Shown here one piece after another: positions 21,584-29,424 of a stretch of DNA of 64,000 nucleotides. The stretch lies in the NCBI GenBank assembly GCA_001001115.1, contig LCIO01000001.1, positions 71,501-135,500 of the forward strand, written 5' to 3'. Source of the DNA: Candidatus Wolfebacteria bacterium GW2011_GWA1_44_24. Lineage in GTDB: Bacteria > Patescibacteriota > Minisyncoccia > UBA6257 > UBA9933. The notes below the pieces were generated by a model. That model did not search any database. It saw only the letters and a list, made by a program, of their open reading frames with translations, and was not told where the DNA came from. The first letter of the stretch is position 1. Each line of letters begins with the position of its first letter. The position numbers were made by a program, and so were the translations under genes.

Positions 21584-22336
21584 TCAAAATATTACACCAC
21601 TCTTGTTTTTTGCGCGAGACTCTCTTAATTTTTGAACTTCTTGATTTGTAAGAAAACGGTGGCCGCCGACGCCAAGATTGCCCAATAATACATCCCCCAT
21701 CCGGACCCGTTTTAATTTGACGACGGTAAGATGAATATATTCGCACATTCTGCGAATCTGATGTTTTCTTCCCTCTTTAAGAACAACGCGAAAAGTGTGG
21801 CTGTTTAAAACCTTGACAGCCGCCGGAAGAGTTTTTCCGTCTTCAAGCTCAATGCCTTTCTCAAATGAACGAATTATTTGAGAAGCGTTTATTTTTTCCC
21901 GGACGGCAACTTCATATTCTTTCTCCATAATATGGTCGTCTCCGGTTGCGGCCCTTGCGATAACACCGTCATTTGAAAGCAAAAGCAGTCCCTCGCTTTC
22001 TTTATCAAGCCGCCCCACAATATTTAATTTGGAAAATTGAGGAAAAAGATCATATATCGTTTTCCCCTCGGAAGGAATCCTCGAAGAAACAATTCCTCTT
22101 GGCTTATAAATAATTACGCTTTCTTTTTTGTTCTCTTTGCCGGCTGATTTAATGACTACTTCCACCTTATCCGTTCCCGGATTGATTTTGACTCCCATTT
22201 CCTTGACAACTTTGCCGTTTACGACAACCAAACCGCGCCTGATAAAATCTTCGGCTTCCCGACGCGAACAAACGCCTTGGTCCGAAAGATATTTTTGAAT
22301 TCTTATGCTTTTATAAATCACGTTTATTTCCGCCAT
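21584..22336 (-). CDS. pseudouridine synthase, RsuA/RluB family
   Basis: N-terminal S4 RNA-binding domain and the catalytic [17 protein letters not shown] motif. Confidence 0.75.
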   Translation of the reverse strand: MAEINVIYKSIRIQKYLSDQGVCSRREAEDFIRRGLVVVNGKVVKEMGVKINPGTDKVEVVIKSAGKENKKESVIIYKPRGIVSSRIPSEGKTIYDLFPQFSKLNIVGRLDKESEGLLLLSNDGVIARAATGDDHIMEKEYEVAVREKINASQIIRSFEKGIELEDGKTLPAAVKVLNSHTFRVVLKEGRKHQIRRMCEYIHLTVVKLKRVRMGDVLLGNLGVGGHRFLTNQEVQKLRESRAKNKSGVIF

Positions 22337-22859
22337 ATTTCTTTCTTAATAAAATAAAAACTATTACCAGAGAAGAATAATTTAAAATAATAAACCACGG
22401 TTCGCTCCATAAAAACCCGTTGAATTTAAAATCGGAGGCGGGCCATAAAAACGGCGTCGGATAAAATTTATAACTGTGAGTCGGAATATCGATTAAAATA
22501 TGCAAAAGCCAAGCGAACATTTCCCAAACCGGTCTTTTAAAAATCAAGTATGCAATGCCGAAAATAACGACAAACGCGATTAAACTGTGGCTGAAATTAT
22601 AAAGCAAACTTGTAATTTTAAAAATTAAAAGAGTGTCTGGCTTTGCCGGCTCTGTCGCGTCAGGACTTGGAAAGTCAGAAAAATTTGAATAACCGAAAAT
22701 TAAACCTCCAAATAGCCAGATAAAAAGCGGAGCAAATGAAAAAACATCGGGGAAAATACCAAAAAGAACAGCGAGCCATGTTTTCATTCGCTGTTTTACT
22801 TTTATATTTGCGCTTTTATAAATTGCCGCGCTCCAAAGCCCGTGAGAAAATACATCCAT
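22311..22859 (-). CDS. membrane protein, YdjM/DUF457-like (putative membrane-bound hydrolase)
   Basis: N-terminal MDVFSHGLWSAAIY and several TM segments; weak similarity only. Confidence 0.3.
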   Translation of the reverse strand: MDVFSHGLWSAAIYKSANIKVKQRMKTWLAVLFGIFPDVFSFAPLFIWLFGGLIFGYSNFSDFPSPDATEPAKPDTLLIFKITSLLYNFSHSLIAFVVIFGIAYLIFKRPVWEMFAWLLHILIDIPTHSYKFYPTPFLWPASDFKFNGFLWSEPWFIILNYSSLVIVFILLRKKYGGNKRDL

Positions 22860-22881
22860 ATATATTAATTATACCACTTTT

Positions 22882-24000
22882 TTATTTTTTATCTTTTAAT
22901 TTTTCCGGCAAAAAACTGTCTTTGGAGTATTTTTCGTACTCCTTGCCGTACCCCAATTCTTTCATTAACTTAGTTTCAGGATTGCGCAAATTTAAAGGAA
23001 TAGGCAGGTTGCCAAATTTTTTAACATCCGCCATCGCCTCCATATACGCCTCATAGGCGCTCCTGTCTTTTTTACATTGACACAAATATGCGACTCCATG
23101 CGCCAAGTTAATTCCGCATTCCGGCAAGCCGATTATCTCCACCGCCCTAAAAACATCATTTGCCACCATAAGAGCCGCCGGCTGAGCCAAACCGACATCT
23201 TCGCTGGCAAAAATAACCATCCGTCGGGCAATAAATTTCGGGTCCTCTCCGGCGTCAATCATCCGCGCCAAATAATATAAAGCCGCGTCCGATTGGCCGG
23301 CTCTCATGCTTTTAATAAAAGCTGAAATTGTATTGTAATGCTCCTCTCCTTTTTTATCATAACGCAGAAACTTTGATTGCAAAGCATTCTTCAAATTATC
23401 AACCGTGATTTTTCCGTATAAGCTATTTGTATTTTCGAGTATCGTAATCGCCTGTCTTGCGTCGCCATTTGCCATATTTATCAGCCAATCGCGCGTTTCT
23501 TTGTCCATCTTAAAACCGACGCGCTTTATAATTTTTGCCATCTCTTCGTCTGATAAAGAGTTTAAAATAAAAACGCGGCAACGAGAAAGAAGCGGAGAAA
23601 TAACTTCAAAACTGGGATTCTCCGTGGTAGCGCCGATTAAAGTAATTTTACCGTTTTCCGCAAAAGGCAATAAATAATCCTGTTGGGCTTTATTAAAGCG
23701 GTGGATTTCATCCAAAAATAAAACCTTTGGCTTGCCCCAAGAATTTTCTTCAATAGCGCGTTTAATGTCTTCTTTGCCGGCCGAAACCGCGGAAAGCTCG
23801 TAGATTTGAGCGTCAAGAGCGCTCGCGTATATTTTCGCCAAAGTTGTTTTTCCGCTCCCCGGCGGACCCCACAAAATAAACGAAAAAAGGTGTTTGTTTT
23901 TAACGGCAATATTCAACGGCTTATTTTCCCCAACCAAATGCTCCTGTCCGATAAATTCTTTTAGAGTTTTAGGCCTGATTTTTGACGCCAATGGTTCCAT
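22882..24000 (-). CDS. rarA: replication-associated recombination protein A (AAA+ ATPase)
   Basis: FIGQEHLVGENKPL, Walker A GPPGSGKTTLA, Walker B VLFLDEIHRFNK, and a MgsA-type C-terminal domain. Confidence 0.8.
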   Translation of the reverse strand: MEPLASKIRPKTLKEFIGQEHLVGENKPLNIAVKNKHLFSFILWGPPGSGKTTLAKIYASALDAQIYELSAVSAGKEDIKRAIEENSWGKPKVLFLDEIHRFNKAQQDYLLPFAENGKITLIGATTENPSFEVISPLLSRCRVFILNSLSDEEMAKIIKRVGFKMDKETRDWLINMANGDARQAITILENTNSLYGKITVDNLKNALQSKFLRYDKKGEEHYNTISAFIKSMRAGQSDAALYYLARMIDAGEDPKFIARRMVIFASEDVGLAQPAALMVANDVFRAVEIIGLPECGINLAHGVAYLCQCKKDRSAYEAYMEAMADVKKFGNLPIPLNLRNPETKLMKELGYGKEYEKYSKDSFLPEKLKDKK

Positions 24001-24307
24001 ACGCCTTTATACTACTATCAAAACTCCTCTTTATCAAAGAAAAACTTGTGGTTCGCACTATTGTTTGAAAAAACTCCCGTTTGGAAGTTTTGCGCTCGAA
24101 CCTGTGAAAAAGCCCACCAATAAAGAGAAAAGTGCCGCTTTTCGCGATATTCATCCTATTTGGCTCCACACCCTGAACGAAATCCGAACGCATTTTCGGG
24201 AAACCCCCGACGAATGAAGCCGCCCCGCCGCCGCTCGCTAACGCTCGCCAGCCAGCAAAAAAGTTTTCTCTGCATTTCTGATTTTGCACGCGCCGGATTT
24301 TTTCTTC

Positions 24308-24488
24308 TAAAAGGAAAAGAAAACTTTTTTGCTGGGTTCTGCTCTCAACGAGCAGGCGGCGGGGCTGGCCTCTTTTGTATTCGCTCGGACGACTCGGCAT
24401 TACTCCCGACGACTCGGCATTACTCCCCCCCCCCAACCCCCTCCTGCCGAGCCATCCTCGCTTCGGCAAAAGGATTTTTTGGCGGCGG
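24308..24488. repeat. left arm of a GC-rich inverted repeat pair (about 181 nt)
   Basis: It is about 95 percent identical to the reverse complement of 29168-29356. It contains a 20 nt tandem duplication (GACGACTCGGCATTACTCCC x2) and a C(10-11) homopolymer, and it is embedded in an otherwise AT-rich genome. Confidence 0.85.
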
Positions 24489-24512
24489 ATAGTGTCCTGT
24501 GGATAATTCCCC

Positions 24513-24540
24513 CTTGATTGAACTTATACGTTTTGTATAA
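24513..24540 (+). promoter_or_regulatory. sigma70-like promoter TTGATT-16-TATAAT facing into the cassette
   Basis: TTGATT at about 24513-18 and TATAAT at about 24535-40, immediately inside the left inverted repeat, reading toward the structured leader and the XRE-RT-MTase genes. Confidence 0.4.
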
Positions 24541-24544
24541 TACT

Positions 24545-25060
24545 AAGTAGGACGGTTGCAGTTTAAAAATCAATTCGCGCGAGATCGGTTATCACTTCGA
24601 AGATTCTAGATCATTCTCTGTTATTGAGAATATCTGACCTCTCCTGTTTTGACAAGGAGTGGACCTTGCCCCGACATGTATATACATGTGTGCCCTATGC
24701 TTCATGTAATCCTTGAGGGACAAGTTAAGTCAAGTTGCTTTAGGCGTTGAGCTTAATGCTTCACTTGCACAGGGACTGCCATAACCTCACGGTTACTGGT
24801 ATTACCGGAAGGTTTTTATCGAAAACTGATAACCGTGAGGAGTTGGTGTGTTCCGCGTAGTAAATTAAAGGTCAATTATTAACCGTCCCCTTTAACTAAA
24901 AACACATGGAGCAAACAATGAAACACCAAAATCCAATTGCTGAATTGTGCCTTCCGTATAAAGGGGCGATTATCATTTATGAAGTGGTTGAGGTGCTTAC
25001 GGATAATTTTACAAATTATCCGTATCCTCAAAGACCTTCTGCGGTAATCGCCCCTTAGTC
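24545..25060 (+). ncRNA. about 520 nt highly structured leader / candidate ncRNA upstream of the XRE-RT operon (possible retron-like msr/msd region)
   Basis: No long ORF. It has a perfect 16 nt palindrome ACATGTATATACATGT (24673-24688). A long hairpin has an 11 bp perfect stem CCTCACGGTTA / TAACCGTGAGG (24784-24839) enclosing a nested GTTTT-TATCG-AAAAC hairpin, plus several further stem-loops. It lies between the promoter and the XRE start. Confidence 0.3.
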
Positions 25061-25067
25061 GTTCTAT

Positions 25068-25394
25068 ATGTATACATTTCCTGATTTAATCAAAAAAATT
25101 AGAGACGAAGCTGGTTTAACTCAAGCCGAATTTGCAAAAGCACTCGGCGTATCTGCTGTGCTTATTGCAATGGTAGAAACTGGTCAAAAAGAAGTTTCAA
25201 AAAATTTGCTTATTAAAATTGCTGAATTATTAAATGTTCATCCTTCATCAATAACTCCGTTTCTGTTTATAGATAGAGAGAAATTCAGTAAAGACCCTTC
25301 AGCAATAGATAAAAAATTTATTGAATGGGGGGAGAAAATGCAAACGCACTTAATAAAAGATCGGGCGAAACTCCTCAAAAAATATGCAAACTAG
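25068..25394 (+). CDS. XRE-family HTH transcriptional regulator
   Basis: 108 aa with the HTH_3 motif LTQAEFAKALGVSAVLIAMVETGQKEVSKNLLIKIAELLNV. The start codon sits within the palindrome ATGTATACAT, and the 3' end overlaps the RT start by 11 nt. Confidence 0.7.
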   Translation: MYTFPDLIKKIRDEAGLTQAEFAKALGVSAVLIAMVETGQKEVSKNLLIKIAELLNVHPSSITPFLFIDREKFSKDPSAIDKKFIEWGEKMQTHLIKDRAKLLKKYAN

Positions 25395-26310
25395 TAGATA
25401 CCCAAAACTTTACATACGGAGCAAGAACGAACTGGCAAAACATTTAAGCCATAGTAAGTTTCCGAAAGAGGAGGCGTTGGCTTTAATAAACGACACTCTT
25501 AAAAACTTTAACAAATATTGGAAAGATAACGAATATAAATCAGAACCAGAAAAAGAAAAATTTGTCAGAAGTGCGAAGGGCACACCACTAGGGAGGCTTT
25601 TAGATAACATTAACAAGTCTGTTCTTGCCCCACATGATAAAATGCTCCCCGTTTTTATATTTGGCGGTGTGAAAAATATGAACCATGCGAAAGCGGCAAA
25701 GTATTTACTCGGGAGAAAGCGAAAACGAACCTCTCTAAAATTAGATATAGCTCGCTTCTTTGAACAAATAAGTGAAGAAAGAGTTTATCACTTCCTCCAT
25801 GACAAGTGCGCGTGTAGTAAAAGGGCCGCAAAATTACTTGCAGGTTTTTGTTGTGTACCTAAGGGGCACAAGGGATCCGGTTTTGAATATAAAACGATAG
25901 CTCGCGGATTTGCCACATCCTCACGTCTTGCCATCTGGTGCAATTTAGACACTTTTATCAGGCTGGATCGTCTTGTTCAAAAACGACTTAAAGGGAAAGA
26001 CGCTCGTATCGCTATTTATGTTGATGATATTGGAATAACTGCTAGCAGAGTATCAAAAGAAGAAATGAAAAAGTTATCTGACGAAATTACAAAGCTTCTA
26101 CTAAATGCAGACAGAAACCAAAGATTGCCGATAAATGAGAAAAAGACAAAAATATCTTCCCACGAGGAGGGTATAGAACATCTTGGCTTGCGGTTATACA
26201 GAAATAGATTGTCTGTTGGCGCAAAAACAAAATCAAAAATAGATAGGGCAAGGAATAAAAGTGAACGCAAGCCACTGATTAGATACAAGCATTATGTTGA
26301 GAAAATCTGA
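25384..26310 (+). CDS. reverse transcriptase, retron-like (308 aa)
   Basis: RT motifs LKLDIARFFEQI (motif 2, compare Ec86 LNIDLEDFFPSL), TIARGFATSSRLAIWCNL (motif 4), AIYVDDIGITA (YxDD motif 5), LPINEKKTKI (motif 6, compare Ec86 LVINSKKTCI) and EHLGLRL (motif 7 position). Its size fits retron RTs. Confidence 0.8.
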   Translation: MQTSRYPKLYIRSKNELAKHLSHSKFPKEEALALINDTLKNFNKYWKDNEYKSEPEKEKFVRSAKGTPLGRLLDNINKSVLAPHDKMLPVFIFGGVKNMNHAKAAKYLLGRKRKRTSLKLDIARFFEQISEERVYHFLHDKCACSKRAAKLLAGFCCVPKGHKGSGFEYKTIARGFATSSRLAIWCNLDTFIRLDRLVQKRLKGKDARIAIYVDDIGITASRVSKEEMKKLSDEITKLLLNADRNQRLPINEKKTKISSHEEGIEHLGLRLYRNRLSVGAKTKSKIDRARNKSERKPLIRYKHYVEKI

Positions 26311-26318
26311 TTGCTTGT

Positions 26319-27956
26319 ATGGAAAACTTTGTGTATACTAAAGTTAGCGAGAAAATTATGACCCCCGGTTACGAAAACGATTTAGAGAACGAATATTCAA
26401 AAACTGTCGACCTAGAGCATAGGCGTGCTTTTGGGCAATTCTTTACCCCCTTTAAAATTGCAAAGTTTATGTCGGAGTGGGTTTTAGATAGTGAAAAACA
26501 GGAAATGGAGGTTTTAGATCCAGCCGCGGGCTTTGGGATTTTCCCTCGCGTAATGTCTTCCTTTAATAAGCGAAAAAAAATTAACTTTGACCTCTGGGAG
26601 ATAGACGAAAACATCGCAAAAAAACTAAAAGATGTTATACAAGAAATTAAAATGGAGGCGGTGATACATCAAGCAGATTTTCTAAAAAATGGCTGGGACA
26701 AAAAATATGACGGTATTATTGCAAATCCGCCATATTTCAAACACCACTACATAAATGAAAAAGAGAAAGTTTTTCAGGAAATTTGTCTGCGAACATACTT
26801 TAGATTTAGTATTCAAACTAATATTTACTGCTGGTTTTTAATTAAAGCTATAAATTTACTTGATAAAGGGGGGAGGTTAGCATTTATTGTGCCAAGTGAA
26901 TTTTTTAATGCGAACTATGGTGAAAAAGTTAAAGAGTATCTAAAACAATGTGGTGTTGTCCTTCATTTTATCAGCGTTAATTTTGAGGAAAATGTTTTTG
27001 ATAATGCACTGACTACATCAGTAATTATTCTTGCCGAGAAAAGTCCACAGAAGCATGAAAGTATAAATTTTTACACAGTGCATAATGTGAAAGAACTCGT
27101 TTCTGTAAAAGATTTTCTCAACAAACACCCAAAAAAGACCTTCAAGATTGCTGACCTAAATCCTAAAACAAAATGGAGAAATTATTTTAATGGCGATAAA
27201 GATATATTCTCGAAAGAACTTGTCTCACTTTCGACATTCGGCAAATTTTCTAGGGGCATAGCAACGGGGGCAAATCATTATTTCACACTTTCCTTACCAG
27301 AAGTTGAGGAGCATAAAATATCAAAAAAATGCCTGCGCCCATGTATCACAAAAGCCGTGCACGCGAAAGATATTTACTTTAGTGACGAGCATTTTGATAA
27401 ACTCAGGGAACAAGAAAAGAAAGTTTATTTATTTGATGGGGAAAAATCACAAGAACAAAGTTGTAAAAACTATATTGCACTTGGGGAAAAACAGGGTGTC
27501 AGTCAAAAATATCTTACAAAAAATCGAGATCCGTGGTATGCGCTAGAAAAAAGAGATGTTGCCCCGATTTGGGTAACGGTTTTTGGGAGAAGTGGTTTAA
27601 AATTTGTATGGAACGATTCTTCCTGTATTAACCTAACTTGTTTTCATGCTTTTTATCCTACCGAATTAGGAAAAAACTACCTAGATATATTATTTATTTA
27701 TCTGTATTCAAATACGGCCCAAAAATTATTTGACAGAGAAAAAAGAGAATATGGCGGGGGGCTTGGAAAATTTGAGCCAAACGATCTTAACAAAGCTTTT
27801 GTTGTCGATTTTAGATTGCTCGACAAGAAACAAATCTCTATTTTAGCGAACCTCCAAAGAGATTTTCTCAAATCAGAAAAAAACGAAAGAGAACAATTTT
27901 TGAAAAAAGCTGATGATATTTTTAAACCTCTTGCTCAATCAGTTTTTTCAAAATAG
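26319..27956 (+). CDS. N6-adenine DNA methyltransferase, gamma class (M.TaqI/Eco57I-like) with C-terminal target-recognition domain
   Basis: Motif X FGQFFTP, motif I VLDPAAGFGIF, motif IV IIANPPYF (NPPY), then a ~300 aa variable domain. It starts 8 nt after the RT stop. Confidence 0.85.
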   Translation: MENFVYTKVSEKIMTPGYENDLENEYSKTVDLEHRRAFGQFFTPFKIAKFMSEWVLDSEKQEMEVLDPAAGFGIFPRVMSSFNKRKKINFDLWEIDENIAKKLKDVIQEIKMEAVIHQADFLKNGWDKKYDGIIANPPYFKHHYINEKEKVFQEICLRTYFRFSIQTNIYCWFLIKAINLLDKGGRLAFIVPSEFFNANYGEKVKEYLKQCGVVLHFISVNFEENVFDNALTTSVIILAEKSPQKHESINFYTVHNVKELVSVKDFLNKHPKKTFKIADLNPKTKWRNYFNGDKDIFSKELVSLSTFGKFSRGIATGANHYFTLSLPEVEEHKISKKCLRPCITKAVHAKDIYFSDEHFDKLREQEKKVYLFDGEKSQEQSCKNYIALGEKQGVSQKYLTKNRDPWYALEKRDVAPIWVTVFGRSGLKFVWNDSSCINLTCFHAFYPTELGKNYLDILFIYLYSNTAQKLFDREKREYGGGLGKFEPNDLNKAFVVDFRLLDKKQISILANLQRDFLKSEKNEREQFLKKADDIFKPLAQSVFSK

Positions 27957-28818
27957 CTTCATCAAGTTTTGCCTTGCCACCCTCAAAGCTTACGTGATGA
28001 AGAAGCCTCCCTCCGGCAAGCTCTTTTCTTATACCCAAAAGATTCGGCTCGCCTATATTTTCGCTTATTAAATGACCATTGTTTAAATACATGTGAATGG
28101 TCTCCTTGTACTGATTTTTAGGATTCTTTTCAATAACAAAAGCTAGTGCGTCATTTTTTAAACCGACAACCTTTTTATTTTTGATACCCTTTTCTGAAAT
28201 ATCTGTGTCTCTCAATAATGACAAAATTTCGCTGAACGATATCACATAGATTGCATCAAAAAATACTTGAACGTAAAAATGCGGAACATTAAAAGTATCA
28301 ATCCATTTTAGTACGATCAAAAGATCCTCCACTTTTGGAGTGAAACTCAAAAACGGACGTTCTTTTTTGGCGATAAATTTTTTTGTTAGATATGCGCTAG
28401 ATCGCACTTCAAATCCCGCTGTCGCTTGCGGAACAATTTTTGCAAGTTCTCCATGAGATAATTTACTGATATCGTCACCCCATTCTTTTTTGTAAATTTT
28501 GGGGTCAAATAGTAAAACATCAGGCCTCTTACCGATTGCGTCCAGCTCATCTTGATACTGATTATAAAAGTCTTTGAAGTCGGGGTCTCCAGCAATAATC
28601 TTGTCTGATTTCCCATATCTAACGGGGACTAAATCAAGGTTAGATGCTTTAAGGGAACGAAAGAAAAGCATCTCCGCCCAATCTCCTTGTTCGTTGTGTG
28701 TAAGAAAATCAGAAAATGCTTGCGTGGGTGGTGTTCCTCTCTTGCGTTTCGCTCCCAGATTAACAATATTTGGCGAAATATCCTTCGCAATTTTATGTAT
28801 TTTGTCCTTATAACTCAT
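27922..28818 (-). CDS. putative type II restriction endonuclease (cognate of the methyltransferase)
   Basis: 298 aa with no strong family match. A possible PD...(D/E)xK-like core is PDVLLFD ... GFEVRSS. It is translationally coupled (ATGA overlap) to the upstream C-protein gene, and its 3' end overlaps the convergent MTase by 35 nt. Confidence 0.45.
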   Translation of the reverse strand: MSYKDKIHKIAKDISPNIVNLGAKRKRGTPPTQAFSDFLTHNEQGDWAEMLFFRSLKASNLDLVPVRYGKSDKIIAGDPDFKDFYNQYQDELDAIGKRPDVLLFDPKIYKKEWGDDISKLSHGELAKIVPQATAGFEVRSSAYLTKKFIAKKERPFLSFTPKVEDLLIVLKWIDTFNVPHFYVQVFFDAIYVISFSEILSLLRDTDISEKGIKNKKVVGLKNDALAFVIEKNPKNQYKETIHMYLNNGHLISENIGEPNLLGIRKELAGGRLLHHVSFEGGKAKLDEAILKKLIEQEV

Positions 28819-29054
28819 ATTCCTTTGAAAAAATCAGAGATGCTGATTTTTAGCGCTTTAGAAACTTTTTCGATATTTTCAAGCGTTATGTTCTTTTCTG
28901 CTCGTTCAATCATGCCGATATATGTCCGGTGAACACCGGCGCGTGAGGCTAATTCTTCCTGTGATAAACCTAACCTCGCCCGCTCCTCGCGGACTTTTTT
29001 ACCAAATTTGATAAGGATTTCTCTTTTCATAGTTGATAACTGTAGTATATCCAC
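28815..29054 (-). CDS. controller (C) protein, XRE-family HTH
   Basis: 79 aa; LSQEELASRAGVHRTYIGMIERAEKNITLENIEKVSKAL HTH. It sits immediately upstream of, and overlaps, the putative REase gene, the classic C-R arrangement. Confidence 0.65.
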   Translation of the reverse strand: MDILQLSTMKREILIKFGKKVREERARLGLSQEELASRAGVHRTYIGMIERAEKNITLENIEKVSKALKISISDFFKGI

Positions 29055-29167
29055 TTGCTAACTTTGGTGCTACATACTATAGTTAGCGTATGGATTTATT
29101 GATTTTAGGGAGTTCCTACAACTTGCCCGCGCACGGGAGCGGTGGGGCAAGGGCAAGAATAAATAAT

Positions 29168-29356
29168 TCCGCCGCCAAAAAATCCTTTTGCCGAAGCGAG
29201 GACGGCTCGGCAGGAGGGGGTTGGGGGGGAGTAATGCCGAGTCGTCCGAGCGAATACAAAAGAGGCCAGCCCCGCCGCCTGCTCGTTGAGAGCAGAACCC
29301 AGCAAAAAAGTTTTCTTTTCCGCAGAACCCAGCAAAAAAGTTTTCTTTTCCTTTTT
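29168..29356. repeat. right arm of the GC-rich inverted repeat pair (about 189 nt)
   Basis: Reverse-complement match to 24308-24488. It carries a 30 nt tandem duplication (GCAGAACCCAGCAAAAAAGTTTTCTTTTCC x2) and G-runs (GGGGGTTGGGGGGGA). Confidence 0.85.
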
Positions 29357-29424
29357 CCTTCGACTTTGCTTAGGATGGTGAATTTGCCGAACCACAAGTT
29401 TTTCTTTGGCGGCAAATTCCATTT

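Noticed and set aside
24160-24517. ORFs 24160-24492 and 24329-24517 (plus strand), and their counterparts 29090-29428 (plus strand), 29105-29422 and 29116-29415 (minus strand), encoding near-identical Pro/Gly/Arg-rich peptides.
   Set aside because: They are translations of the two arms of the GC-rich inverted repeat. The same sequence on opposite strands, low complexity, and different internal duplications breaking frame conservation all mark them as artefacts of the repeat.
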